The position numbers and the translations under genes were made by a program. 64,000 bases of DNA from NCBI GenBank assembly GCA_951406725.2, contig OX597814.1:152830001-152894000 (forward strand), in the 5' to 3' direction. The notes below the pieces were generated by a model. That model was not told where the DNA came from and made no database searches. It was given only the letters and a program-made list of their open reading frames with translations. Positions 46,821 through 61,179 of this stretch are shown piece by piece. Source of the stretch: Octopus vulgaris (Eukaryota). The first letter of the stretch is position 1. Each line of letters starts with the position of its first letter.

Positions 46821-47729
46821 ATCATCTTCACACTTTTAATAAGAGCTGTAGTGACATCATCACCATCTGGTCATTACTTTATCGTTGTTGGCATTGTCGT
46901 CGTCACCATCATCTAACTATAATGGTAGTATCACTTGAGAACTACAGTATCAAGCCAATGAGGGGACTGTTGTATGGTCACTTGATCTAGAAATTACAGC
47001 CAAATCTCATCCAAATGACTGCTTACCACTATAAAAAATAGAGGGGGAAAATATACATTGGTTAATATAGTTCTAGATACACTGTATCTGAAAATAAGAC
47101 AGGATTGTCATGACTGGAATGCTTTTGGTCATAGGTCTACTTGATTGGGGCTAAACAGCAATAAGTATCTAATGATTTGGGAATAAGTCAACCTTAGATA
47201 AATGGGTGATGTTAGTGTAATTGTTGTCTGATTTGAATTGCTTTTTGGAGAACACACTTCAATAGTAAGGAAGGATTGCAGTTTTTGAAAGGAAGAATTG
47301 GATCAAACATTTAGTAAGATGTCTTGAAATAAGATGAGGAAAAGTGAAGCTGTAAGTTTTTATTCTCCATTATTTTACCTAGGTTTACAAATAGTCTGTC
47401 TGTGAGATTATATCAAACATTGCTACCATTTGATGTACTGTACTTGTCTGTTAACCGAGTCCATCATAATAATCACTCTGCCACTTGTCTTTAGCTGTTC
47501 TTTTTTTCCTTTTCCTTTCTGGTGTACATGGTAAAACATTTCACATAGTAGATGGCTGCTGTCATCTTTTCATCTTCTTCAACAAAACTACTATCCTTGT
47601 CTTTTCTTGAAGTTGGATTGAATGGGAAATCCTGCTCTGTTGTTGTACATTTTATAATAAGTGATAAGAAAATCTAGTGTATTTGTATTGTGCTGTGACT
47701 GAAGTTTGGCAATATTTTGTAACTTATCT

Positions 47730-47971
47730 AAGGTGGTGAGCTGGCAGAATCATTAGCATGCCGGGTGAAATGCTTAGAGGTATTTTGTCTGCCATTACGT
47801 TCTGAGTTCAAATTCTGCCAAGGTCAACTTTGCTTTTTATCCTTTTGGGGTCGATAAATTAAGTACCAGTTACGCACTGGGGTCGATGTAGTTGACTTAA
47901 TACCGTTGTCTGTCCTTGTTTGTCCCCTCTATGTTTAGCCCCTTGTGGGAAATAAAGAAATAAGAAATAAA
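47730..47971 (+). mobile_element. SINE family 1 with 19-bp TSD
   Basis: TSD AATATTTTGTAACTTATCT (47711-47729, 47972-47990); A/B boxes. Confidence 0.88.
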
Positions 47972-48867
47972 AATATTTTGTAACTTATCTGTTTTATTTA
48001 TCAAGTTACAACAAACGCAGCCTAAAATTCAAAGTAGAGACCATCATGTAGCACCTTTCTGCCAGTTCTTTGATATCATACTGATACCAGTTCTTGTCCT
48101 TCAAAGGGAAGAACTCCACCCCTGAAGCTTTCAACTCCTCTTCATTGATGGTATGTTGCAAGTGCAGGAAATTAACTATGGATGTTTAGCTGCTTTTGTC
48201 ATAACTTGATAAACCACTTACCAAAATGTTGCGAAACTTTTGACTCAACACAATCACTGTCCACTCCAAATTTTTGACTCATCACAATAGTTTTTGCCCT
48301 CAGGTTTTGCATGTAATATTTCCTATTAGTATGTTCCTAAGCAAGAGTCACATCATTAAGATTTCAGTTCAGTTTCTGGCCAATAATACACTTGCAGAGA
48401 ACATGGACATTAAATGATTATGATGATGATGATGATAATGATGATGTACCATGATTAATACAGTACTTTCAAGTTGCATTACATCATAATGTAATGGCTT
48501 AAGACCATGTTCCTTGATTACATCAATCCATTTAACATTCCAAAACACAAACTAACAAGAAACCCTCTACATAGTCATGTAACTTCTAGAAATAGCTGTT
48601 AAATCAATAAGCCACCCTTTGTTGTCTTAAAAGTTACGATTTATTGGATAATGTAGTGCTCTCATTCTGGTAATTCTATATGAGCAAAAGATTGGATGGT
48701 CTGAATGAATTGATCCTTGTACTCATTTTCTTTTTAAGCCCAGTACTTATTCTATTGATCTCTATCACCAAACCACTAAGTTACAGGGATGTAACCATAC
48801 CAACACCAGTTGTCAAGAGATTGTAGGGAAAAGACATACACATATAAAATATATATATATATATATA

Positions 48868-48901
<34 letters not shown>

Positions 48902-49194
48902 AACTGATGATGATATATACAATGGGCTTCTTTCAGTTTCCGTCTAACAAATCCACTTACAAGATTTTGGTTGACCTGAGATCATAATAGAAGACATTTA
49001 CCTACGGTACCATGCAGTCAGATTGAACCCGGAACCATGTGGTTGGGAAACAAACTTCTTACCACACAGCCACACCTGTGCCTAATCGTCCCAAATATTT
49101 CTCTTAATTTATACAACTTTTTATTTATTATTTGAACATTGATTAATATTTTATGGCCCTTATTAAAAATGCTGTTACCAATATTATATTATAG

Positions 49195-49276
49195 CTTACA
49201 ACCAGTATATGAAGCAGCATGGTGGATCAATAGTCAACATCATTGCTGATATGTGGAAGGGTTTTCCTATGATGAG
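49195..49276 (+). CDS. PECR: PECR exon 4 (aYNQYMKQHGGSIVNIIADMWKGFPMMs)
   Basis: ttatAG acceptor, AG|GTAAGT donor, 82 nt, phases 1/2 fit neighbours; HGGSIVNI motif. Confidence 0.93.
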
Positions 49277-50610
49277 GTAAGTTATCATTTATGGACATTG
49301 AGTATAGATGATCTGAAGAGGATGAACAGAAATAAGGGAAATGTAATCTGTTGGATGTGTTTGGTTGTATGAAACACAGAGCACAGGTTGATGTGTTAGA
49401 TTCCTGTAATATTAGTCTGTATGAGAGACAAAGCTCAAGTGATCTAGTGTATATGATTGTAATGCTGAGAATCTGAGCTCAAGTAATCTGTTGGGTATTT
49501 ATAATGTCAACCTGTGTAACAAACTGAGCTGTTTGTAGTAGTTGTAGTTGTATTAGAAATAATAATTCTTTCTTCTATAGACACACCTGAAATTTTGTCA
49601 GTTGGGCATCGCTCAACTTGGTACTTATTTTATGACCCCAGCGCTCAACTGGTACTTATTTTATGGATCCTAAAAGGATGAAAGGCAAAGTTTATCACAG
49701 TGGGATTTGCATTTAGAACATAGAAAGCTGGTAGAAATTCCGCTAAACATTTCATTTGATGCAGTAACGAATCTGCCAACTTACCACCTGAGCAATAATG
49801 ATTCTTTATAATTTTGGTACAAGTCTGGCAATTTTGAGGGGAGAAGTAAGTGAGCTATATAGATCTCAGTACCTGACTGTTTTATTATATTAACTCCAAA
49901 AGGATGAATGACAAAGTTAACTTTGGTAGGATTTGAACTCAAAATGTAAGTTATCTGTTTATTGTCATTGTGAGAGACTAAGTACAAGGTATCTGTTAGA
50001 TGTCTTTGACATTAGTCTGTATGATAGTCTGAACACATGTAAGAGAGGAGCTGAGAGAGAGAGAGAGTATTGCTTGAAGTGAATAGTTGAGATAACTTTG
50101 GTGGTATGGCTAGTTTGGTTATGTGATAAGAATGGATGGCGAATGCTGTGTGAAAAAGCGTTGTGTGTTGATTGTGAAAGGTAATTGTGGAAGAGCAAGA
50201 CTGCAGAAGGAAATGATGAGGTTAAATTGTACAATGCCTGGCCTCAAAGAAGAAATGGTGTAAGAGTGAGATTCTTGATAATGTGCTGCAGTGTAGCAGA
50301 TCTATCTAACTCATGCCATTAAGGAAAAATTAATGCTAAAATGTTGATAATAATGATGATAATGATGATGAAAATGATGGTCGTGGTGAGAATGATAGTG
50401 ATAGTGGATGATCAAAATAAAGCAGTTACTATATTTACTTGTGTATAAGTCTCACTATTTTATACTTGATATTAACTTAAAAGAATTGGGATTTACACAT
50501 GACAAAGCTAAAACTGTGGAGGGAAAAAACTTAACAGTAAATTTAGGGATGTGATTTATACGGGAGTGCAACTTATATACAAGAAGATAACTTTATTAAA
50601 TGAATCTTAA

Positions 50611-50811
<201 letters not shown>

Positions 50812-50816
50812 TAATT

Positions 50817-51316
50817 ATCTATCTATCTCTATCTAGGTTGTCCCACAGCACGCCCCATGACTGTTTCCATACATTTTCCCCATTCATCTCGATCCTCCAT
50901 AATGGTCCTCTGCTCCTGTACCCATTCCATACCAGCATCTTCCAGCAAGTTGTTAATATAGGTCATCTTCCTCCTTCCTCTCCTGGTTCTTCCTTCCTTT
51001 GGTTGCCAGAGCACTAGGTTGTTAGCAATTTCATCAGTGTATCTGATGCAGTGTCAAGCTAGCCTCATATTTCTATGATGTATCTTCAATGCTATTTTTG
51101 GTAGTCTCTGGTATAAGTTGGCATTTGTTATATGACTCTTCCAGGAGACATTGAGTGCCATCTAAGTATCCTTGCATAACAACCATCCAACTGCTTCTTC
51201 AATGCTTTAGTGAGCATCCATGTTTCAGCCCCGTATAGAAGAACAGACTTCACTGTTGCCAGAAATAACCTCACTTTCAATTTCCTTACTAACTTTGAAC
51301 TCCATACCTTTCTCAA
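50817..51316 (-). mobile_element. RTE-type LINE 3' fragment
   Basis: ORFs KVRLFLATVKSVLLYGAETW and LWQPKEGRTRRGRRKMTY; (AGAT)n tail. Confidence 0.75.
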
Positions 51317-51795
51317 TCCTAAGCATAATTATGTTAAAAAAAAAAAAAAAACATTCCTTACCATGCCAACTTTTATTCAGTTTTACTTAATCTAGATCTA
51401 CGTTATCCAATGTGTCCTTCCTTCTTGTAGTTTAGTGCCCATATCAATTCTGTTCCAGTGTTATTTTGATCAAAAGCATTCCAGCCAGTATTTCATTCAG
51501 GGATTTATCTAAAGCTGCTAAAAAATGGTAGGTTCTTGTTTCAGGAAGAATTGTCTATTTCTAGCAGGAACATCACCTGCATGTTAGCTTCCTTGCTGGA
51601 TTTATCATCATCATTTTAATACCCATTTTTCCATGCTTGCATGGGGCAGATGTTCCATGGACAGACACATTTTCACAGAATTTTGCAGATGAACGAAACT
51701 GCTTGTATGATGGATACACTCATTTACAACTGCGATGTGATGTCAAGATAAGGAGACACAAACCTGCATGTACACACACACACACAAATTTATAC

Positions 51796-51839
<44 letters not shown>

Positions 51840-53659
51840 CAGGCTTCTTTGAGTTTCTGTCTACCAAATCCATTCACAAGGCTTTGGTCAGCCCAAGGCT
51901 ATAGTAGAGGCACTTGCCCAAGGAGACATGCAGTGAGACTGAACCCAGAACCATGTGGTTGGGAAGCAAGGTGCAGGAGTGGCTGTGTGGTAAGTAGCTT
52001 GCTTACCAACCACATGGTTCTGAGTTCAGTCCCACTGCGTGGCACCTTGGGCAAGTGTCTTCTACTATAGCCTTGGGCCGACCAAAGCCTTGTGAGTGGA
52101 TTTGGTAGACGGAAACTGAAGGAAGCCTGTCGTATATATGAGTATGTGTATTTGTTTGTGTTTGTGTTTGTCCCCCCAACATCGCTTGACAACCGATGGT
52201 GGTGTGTTTACGTCCCCGGAACCTAGCAGTTCGGCAAAAGCGACCGATAGAATAAGTACTAAGCTTACAAAGAATAAGTCCTGGGATCGATTTGCTCGAC
52301 TAAGGGTGGTGCTCCAGCATGGCCACAGTCAAATGACTGAAACAAATAAAAGAGTGAAAGGTTTATTCTGTCAAAGTTGATCTAGACCTAAACAACAACA
52401 ATAACAATGATGCATAAATGTTTCATGCTGCTTTTTCTGATAAATAAAGCATATACATATGTAAACAATGATTTAAATAAAACAACATACATAAGATATA
52501 GAATGTGATAGTTGATAGTCTTCATTGCACAAAATATTTTAGTTATTCATTTGAAAATTTTTCATGGTTTATCAAGGACAGATTAAGTAGAAAAACTTAC
52601 CACAAAACTGACTGACAGAGTTCCGTGTAGCTCCTGAAGTTGTTCTGATTAGGAGGTTAGAAGCTTTGGTAGAGCAATTTGGTGGGAAAATTCACAAAAC
52701 TTACTTTCAAGTCATAAAAAATATCTTTCAAGCTTATGTGGTTATACACAAGCTGATCTGATTGGTCAAACCATGTTCACATAGGCGTTAATGCATTTTA
52801 TAGCGATGCAGTCAATTTCTCAGAGCTGGTCTTTTCTTTTTAAGATTGTGTAGTTAGGCCATGGTCCTAAACTGGAGATCTGAGCATGATGGTTTGAAAT
52901 TCAAGAGAAGCCTCATTACAAACTAAACCTTTGAAGGCAGTGCCCCAGCATAATCATAGTCCAAAGAATGAAAACAGTAAAAGGATACAAGAATAAATAA
53001 GATTAAAAAAAACAATATTTGTTTATAAAGTTTGTTATCTCAAACTTAAATCATTTAATTAAGTGAAAGAAATATGTCAATTAATGCAGTTAATTAATCT
53101 AAAATAACTTCCGATTATCACGCACACATATACATAATAACTCAAATAACTTAATGAGGAGAAGCTTTATAAATAGATATTCGGTAATGCTTTATAAATA
53201 TCAACCAAGCAATATCAGAATAAATATTCAAAAAGGAGGAAGGAAAAACTTCCTGTTGATATTTCTGTTTTATGAAAGGCGGCAAGCTGGTAGAATCATT
53301 ACCACACCAAGCAAATTACTTAGCAGCATTTATTCAATCTTTATGTTCTGAGTTCAAGTGCTACCAGGGTTAACTTTGCCTTTCTTTCTTCCAGAGTCAA
53401 TAAATTATATACCAGTTAAGCACTAGGGTCAATGTAACTGATTTAGCCCTCCCCACAAAACTGCTGGCCTTGTACCAAAATTTGAATCTGATACTTCTTT
53501 TATGAGCAAAACAATATTTTATTGTTTCTGTTTTTATTTGAAACACACACACGCACACATCCATACATTTAATGTTCATAGCATGATTTGGATGGAGACT
53601 TAATTGGAGCAGCAATTTCTGACAGATGGTGCATATGTACACATAGACACACACACACA

Positions 53660-53865
53660 CTGGCTTTAAGGGTATTGTGAAAGGCCTGGTTGGAGGCCCA
53701 ACCTCCCAAGTATTTTTACAGGTATAGAACTTAGAAAAACTGAAGGACTGCTGCAATATGTGTGTGAATCTGAGAGGAATATGTTGAATAAAATCATAAT
53801 AATTAACTGATCCTCCTGTATTTTCTTTTACCCAAAGCCAGGAACTTTTCAGCCCTCCCCTCCCT
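53660..53865 (+). mobile_element. Mariner-derived MITE (second copy at about 56619-56780)
   Basis: Shared CTGGCTTTAAGGGTA...AGAAAAACTGAAGGACTGCTGCAAT...GAATATGTTGA; TIR-like GAAAAGTTCCTGGCTTT / AAAGCCAGGAACTTTTC. Confidence 0.65.
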
Positions 53866-53875
53866 GTCAAGTATA

Positions 53876-54480
53876 TAGGGGTCATCCAATAAATAATGTG
53901 GTTTTTTCAATTACATGAACTAAAAGTTGGAGGAGGTCAGAATAAACTACCCACATCAACTTGCTATAAAAGCAGACAATAATTTTACCTTGTACTTGTT
54001 CTTAGTGCAAGTTTTGAAGAGTGCAGTTCGATTTTAACAGTTATTTTTTCAAAGCTATAAAGGAAATTACAAAGGAGCATATTAGGCATATTTTGCTTTA
54101 TGAGTTCAATAAAGGCAACAACGCAATAGAAAGTGTGAGGAATATTAATGCAGTATATGGGGATCGGACAGTAAGTGTAAGCCAGTGTCAACAGTGGTTC
54201 CAGAAATTCCAAGCTAGAAACTACAGTCCAGAAGACAAGCCTCGCCCTGGAAGATCTGTAGAGCTCAACGATGATGTCGTGCAAACCCTTGTGGAACAAA
54301 ATCCCATCGTAACTGTTGAGGAACTACCAGAGAAGTTTGGATTTGGTCATTCACCCATTCAACAACAACTGTGTGCCATCAGAAAAGTCTAATCGCATGC
54401 AGAGAGTGAATGTGTACTCCGCTTTGTTGTCACATCTCATGAATGAACCTTTTTTAGACTGAATAGTGACTGATGACATT
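53876..54480 (+). mobile_element. Mariner element 5' part (transposase HTH, truncated)
   Basis: ORF 54021..54392 HIRHILLYEF..G.NA....RNINAVYG..TVS...QWFQKF....EDKPRPGR; later FLD*IVTDD. Confidence 0.85.
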
Positions 54481-55219
54481 TATAAAGAGGAAGTTACTCT
54501 TACAGCTGTTTCTGGGATATTAGGGATGTTTCTTCGTCAGAGACGATATGTTTAAATAGGAGGAAATATTAGAATTCAATATGAGGAGTCATTGTCATCA
54601 TCATCTTCATCACATCATCGTCGTCGTTGTCATCATCATCATCATTTAACCTCTGCTTTCCATGTTGGCATGGGTTGGATTGTGTGACAACAGCTGGCAA
54701 GGCAGAAGGCTGCACCATGTTTCACTGAGGCTGTGTGGTTAGAATTTTGTTTCCCAACCATGTGATCTCAAGTTCAATCTCACAACTCAATACCTTGATC
54801 AATTATCTTCCACAGTAGACCTCAGCCAATCAAAGCCCTGCGAGTGGATTTGTTAGAAGGAAACTGAAAGAAGCCTGTTCTGTTTATATTTATGTCTGTG
54901 TTTGCATATACTTTTGTCTTGACATTACGTGATGTTTTTAAACAAGCTTCACTGTCATAAAAATGATCTTGTTCATTTCCTGTCTTTCATAGAAACAGGT
55001 GCAGGTTGGTGACAGAAAAGACATCCAACTATAGAGAATCTGTCTAATCCTTACAAGTATGAAAAAGTGGACATTAAATAATGATGATAAATGGTGATGA
55101 TGAAGGTGATGGTGATGTCAGGGTTTTAATTGAGTGGCAAATGATTATTTGAGACTGTGTGTTAAAACTGAAGCAATTAAATCATAGAAATACTGTTTAA
55201 TAATTCATATACATGAAGC

Positions 55220-55438
55220 AAGGCAGCGAGCTGGCAGAACCGTTAGCACGCCGGGCGCAATGTGTAGCCATATTTCATCTGCCGTTATGTTCTGAGTTCA
55301 AATTCCTCCGAGGTTGACTTTGCCTTTCATCCTTTCAGGGTCGATAAATTAAGTACCGGTTACACACTGGGGTCGATGTAATTGACTTAATCCATTTGTC
55401 CCCTCTGTGTTTAGCCCCTTGTGGGTAGTAAAGAAGTA
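55220..55438 (+). mobile_element. SINE family 1 with 14-bp TSD
   Basis: TSD CATATACATGAAGC (55206-55219, 55439-55452). Confidence 0.88.
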
Positions 55439-57159
55439 CATATACATGAAGCTGTTAACTTCATTTTAAATTTAAATTAATTTCATGAAGTGTCAGAAGT
55501 TTTGTTAGACAAGTATGACCTGGTCACCAACATAACGGTTCCTTTGCAATTGCCTTAACATATATTAGTAACCAGCTCTTAGATAGGCCTAGGGTTTATT
55601 TTTCTATTTTCGTTTTTAATCTTATTTATTGTATGTTGTTGCTATTAGATAAATTGTGTGCTGTATTGATTTAGGTTGAGTTTGACCTCATGGTTTTGGT
55701 CTTCTCAATGATATCTTGATTTACTGTTAGACATTACCTTCCAATCTGGAATAACTCTCGCTTCTGATACTTCTGATAACAATCATGAGCAAATAGTGAC
55801 TTGCAGGACTTTCTGAATGGTATCCCAATGGAAAATTACTGTGACTTATTTTAGTAGTGTGGCCTGCCATGTTTCAAGTTGCCAATGCTTGTCTTAGAAC
55901 ATAGGTAAACGTCTTACTCGTTTTACCTCTCACTAATATAGCTGAGATTTAACCTTTCTTCATATTTTTAATAAGTCTATCTCTCAGCCTTCAATGGCCT
56001 TTGCACCAGTCACAAATTTAATCTGTCATTATTCGAATAGGTTATTTCATAGAAACTCCCATCTATATAATTTTCTATCTTTTCCTCTAATACCAGAGAT
56101 GTGTGTGAGGGGGAGAGTGTATGGGTGTGTATATATGTATACACACACACACACACATCATTATCATTGTCCCTACCATCACCACCACCATCCTTATTGT
56201 CCTTGTCATCATCATTTAGTGTTTATTTCCTATGCTGGAATGGAATGGCTATCCCACTATCTTTCAAGCAACCGTAGCATTTCATTAAAGGCAGACATAG
56301 AGGCTGTTATGTAAATGCATATAAATGTACAAATACATGTGTGTGTGTGTATTGGTGTTTGCATTTATGTTATGTTTTAATAATAAACAATTTTACATTA
56401 AATCGAAGGATTACTAATACATTTTGTAGAGTATATATTTATTATTCCTTTACAAGAATAGCGTCAACAGTGACTGAAGTAAAAATACAAACATATAAAG
56501 GCTTCCTTGATAACTTATGCTTAACTGAATATGTGGATGATAGGCCTAATGCATCACCTTGGCTGATGCCTCTACCTTTGAATTTCAGTGGCTTTAGCAG
56601 AGTCCAATTTTTGGCAATATGATGAGGTGTTGAAAAGTTCCTGGCTTTAAGGGTATCACAAAAGGCCTAGTTTGAGGCCCAACCTTCTGAGTTCTTTTAC
56701 AGGGCTTAGAAAAACTGAAGGACTGCTGCAATAAGTGTGTGAATCTGTGAGGGGAATATGTTGAGTAAAATGATAATTAGCACCCCCGCCTATTTGGACA
56801 ATATATTTGGTCCTACTTCATCACCCATGTTTTATCGCTGAGGACCTCAACCTACAGAGATGTTCAGGTTGGGCATCAGCTATACTAATTTCATTGATTT
56901 GGAAGATCCTTCAAATGTCATGAGAGCTCTTCCCTTCTCATATATTACTAACTTTTATCTTTTATCTTTTACTTGCTTCAGTCATTAGACTGTGGCCATG
57001 GTGGGGGTACTGCCTTGAAGAATTTTTAGTTGAATGAGTTGATCCCAGTCCTTATTCTTTATAAGCCTAGTACTTATTCTATCAGTCTCTTTTGCTGAAC
57101 CGCTAAGTTATGGGGATGTAAACACCAGCATCAGTTGTCAAGGGATGTTGGGGGGACAA

Positions 57160-57198
<39 letters not shown>

Positions 57199-58246
57199 GA
57201 GAGAGAGAATATATATATACGATGGGCTTCTTTCAGTTTCTGTCTACCAAATTTACTCACAAGGCTTTGGTTGTCCCAAGGCTATAGTAGAAGACACTTG
57301 CCCAAGGTGCCATGCAGTGGGACTGAATCCGGAACCATGCGGTTGGTAAGCAAGTTACTTACCACAGCCACTCCTGTGCCTATGTTAGTACTGTTAACTT
57401 GTTCAGCTAGTTCTACTGGCTGTTGAACTATTTGGACTTCTAATGTCTTGTTTTTATTGTGTCTTCAATCCTCTATTTGGCGTTTTTCTCTTTTTTGTAG
57501 CTGTCACCATTTTTAATGTATCATTTGGCTTTACTTGAATGGCGTAAAAGACACTCAGGCATATTGGATGCACTCAAATTTTAGCAGTACATCATTATCA
57601 TCGTCTTGTCATTTAACATCCGCTTTCCATGCTGGCATGGGTTGGACGGTTTGACTGAGGGCTGGCAAGCCAGAAGGCGGCACCAGGTCCCAATCTGATC
57701 TGGCAATGTTTCTACTGATTATCACAAATTCTACTGATTATCACAAATATACACACACACATACATCAATACACCACTCTGCCCCACAAATACATACTCA
57801 TTATCATGCATATACACACACATGTTCATATTGATTATCACATATACACTTATATATCTATGTATGTATGTGCACTCACAGACAGCAACCTCTCTCTCCA
57901 TGCATACTCATAAATTACCCACATACATATACTCATTATCACATTCTAGAACTTCTCTGTTAGAAATAACAGCCAAATCACCCACAAATTGAGTCCTACT
58001 GTCTTATGAAATGAAAGAAACATTAAACAATGTAATCATTAATGTACAAAAACGGAGAAGGGGCATGGTTGGAGTGCCTTTGATGATAAATCTGCTCAGT
58101 CATGGCTGTATTGATGTTAAACAACAATTTTTAACCTTTGCTCTTTATCCTTCAATCATTACTTTCATTTGTGAATAAATTTTCTGTTGCTTCCATGCAT
58201 GTGGTCTGCTCAATTTTTTCCTAGGTTACATTGTTTTTTAAATATA

Positions 58247-58690
58247 CTAGCAGTTATAGCCCGGCGTTGCTCAAGTTTGTTTTTTAGTTGTGCTTAAAAT
58301 GGCAGACTTTGATGTCGTGTTAACAAAGTTTTGACATAGTTTCAATCTTTTTTGAAAAGTAAAAATTTTGCATTATGTAGCTTGTTATTCTCTTTAAATG
58401 AACATTTTTCTGGTTGAAATACACTGAAAAATGGCGACACAGCAGTAAAAAAAAATCGTAAAAAATAGGGATTTTCATAGGAAAAAAAGCACCTTTTTGA
58501 TGTAAATAATTTTTGATCTTAACATGGTCCGATTTGAATTTTTTCTTCTATGGAATGAAGAGCAAGCCTTCTATCATTCTTTCAATTTTGGTCAACTTGC
58601 GCTGCAGGGTCTTGGAGGAGATAGTGTTAGTTGAAGGCTACCAAACTTGCCACACACACACAGACAACTTCAGCTTTATTTGTATATATA
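58247..58690 (-). mobile_element. Older non-autonomous Helitron (third subfamily)
   Basis: A|CTAGCAGTTATAGCCCGGCGTTGCTC matches the 3' end/hairpin of the other Helitrons; 5' end degenerate. Confidence 0.7.
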
Positions 58691-58750
58691 TATTAAGAAT
58701 AACAAAACCATAGTAATATTTTGATTCTTTTTATTTTTTACTGTATTTAG

Positions 58751-58855
58751 GGAGTAATTTATTCCAAGACTGCTGCTGCTAACTATGGTGATCTTGATGT
58801 ATTCAGTATGTCGAAACCCTTAATCCCAGCCAAAAGACTTGGTCAACCTGAAGAG
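58751..58855 (+). CDS. PECR: PECR exon 6 (GVIYSKTAAANYGDLDVFSMSKPLIPAKRLGQPEE)
   Basis: atttAG acceptor, GAG|GTAAG donor, 105 nt, phase 0/0; GVIYS..A..NY and IPAKRLG.PEE motifs. Confidence 0.93.
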
Positions 58856-59683
58856 GTAAGTCAAAATTAATAAGTTTTGTCAAACGGATGTGTCTCATTA
58901 TATATCTAGGCACCTAGATATTGTATGATATTTCAAGTGTTGGCAATTTCAACTCCGAAAATATCAGATAATATCCATAATCTAAAATATGTATGGTATT
59001 TAAAACTGAAATATTAAATGAATATTTTTTTGTTTTATTCTGCATTGTGGAGTTTCCATTAGTTTTTGTTACTTAAGTAACAAGGATTCCTATAAACTAC
59101 ATGATTCTACTATTGAATTTGTCACTAAACTTACACTTGCATAGCATTTTGGGCAAGTGTCTTCTACACTGGCTCTGAGCTAACCAATGCATTGTGAGGA
59201 AATTTGATTCACGGAAATGGTAGAAGCCTGTCATGCATGCATACATGCATGTATGTATGTGAGTGTGTGTGTATAGGTATGTAGGTAGGCAGGCAGGCCT
59301 GTTTGTCTTGTTGGCTCAAATTATAACAGTATAAATGGCAGCAGATGAAGGTATGTGGCCTTCATATGGTGTTGCAATCATGATTGCCAGATCGTGGGTT
59401 CAATTCATAGACTGGGTGGTATGTTGTGTTCTTGTGCAAAACACTTCATTTCATGTTGCTCTAGTGCTGTGTGAGGTCTGGCATGTCAAAGAGTAGACCC
59501 AACATTTCATCTGCATGTCATAAGAGGCAACTAAAAGAGGTTGAGGTAGGATTTGCACTCCGATCTCATAAAACCTTCACCAGCAATGACTACCCCAACA
59601 GTGCAAAGGTGTCATCCATTAGGAGTAGGGAATCACTAACAAATGGTGGATGCAGTGATGTGCTGTTACAGCACATATCCCTG

Positions 59684-59684
<1 letters not shown>

Positions 59685-59748
<64 letters not shown>

Positions 59749-59775
59749 ATAATAATAATAATAATAATAATAATG
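59685..59775. repeat. (TAC)n(TAA)n microsatellite
   Basis: Visible in sequence. Confidence 0.95.
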
Positions 59776-61179
59776 ATTACATTAACTGACCCATATAAGT
59801 GTATTTACTCAGTAAATCAAGTGTAAAAATTAGTTTTTATTGTAAGACAAAGACAGAGAGAAGCTGGCAGACATATGTGAAGTGAGGGATTAAAATACAT
59901 TATATAGATATGAGGGTTGTCTTTCATTCTTCTGGGGTTGATATCTCAAGTACCAAATATAAAGGTGAGGTGGCCAAGTCATTTAAACCAAATGAAGCAC
60001 TCCCTTTCAACAGCCAGCCTTGAAACAATGTAAGACATTCATTATTGAACAGCGCCCACAAACATATACACATACATATACTGGTTATCACATACACACT
60101 CACATCAATACACCACCCTGCCCCACAAACACATACTCATTATCATGCATATACACACACACATTCATATTGATTATCACATATACACTCATATATTTAT
60201 GTATATATGTGCACTATAAGACAGCAACCTCTCTCTTCATGCATACTCATAAATTACCCATATACATATACTCGTTATCACATACATACATACATACATA
60301 ATCACTCACCCACTTACACACTTAGATACACAAATTATTATCTTTGTTTCAATAGTTTTTACATGGCAGTATGAGTCAAAGAGAGACATGATAAGTCTTA
60401 ATTAAGACTTATTAACATAATTATTCAATCATAGTTATATTTGGCACTAGACACTTGTTCGTAATATTTTCGTCTCTACATATTTTCTTATTTTGTTATT
60501 GCTTTATTTTTTTACTTTGTTGTTATTCTTTAGAATCAGGTCAACCCTTGTCCAGCAGACCTATGGTCAAAGAGGTTTCAGACAACCATCTCATCTTTAG
60601 TTAATTTTATTCTTTTATTCTCTTGTTGCTGTGCTCAGCTTTGTCCTTATCAAAATGTCCATCTAGAATCAGTGAATAAGTTATGGAGAATTCAAACGAG
60701 GTGGTGGAATAAATCACTTACTTAGAAATAGAAATAAAGACAAAATAGGATAGGCCAACAAGGGAATCTCTCAATGGTTGTTGAACAAGCTATAAAAATA
60801 GCAGCTAAATCTCCTTTGTATTGCATTGCACCATCTTTAGAAAAGAAAGGGCTTGGAAAGAGATGGGATGGTCATGCTTGTACTGACTTTGATCATATGT
60901 GTGTCTGTTTGACCTATTTTCCTGTCATGACCATCCCAGCTTTGTTATATTTTCTTCTCAGTTTTTTTTTTTTATATTATTGTTGAGTTCAGTTTAGCCA
61001 TGGTCCAGCAAACTTAGGATCAAAATTGTTCCAGCTATGACCATCCCATTTTGTTTCATCTTGTTGCTCTTGCTGTTTAACAACAACAACAACAATAATA
61101 ATAATAATAATAATAATGATGATGATGATTTCAATTTTTGTTGTTTAATAATAATAATGATTATGGTTTGATTATGGTT

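Noticed and set aside
54021-54392. SETMAR-like domesticated gene
   Set aside because: Truncated transposase with downstream stops and no SET exon; ordinary mariner fossil.
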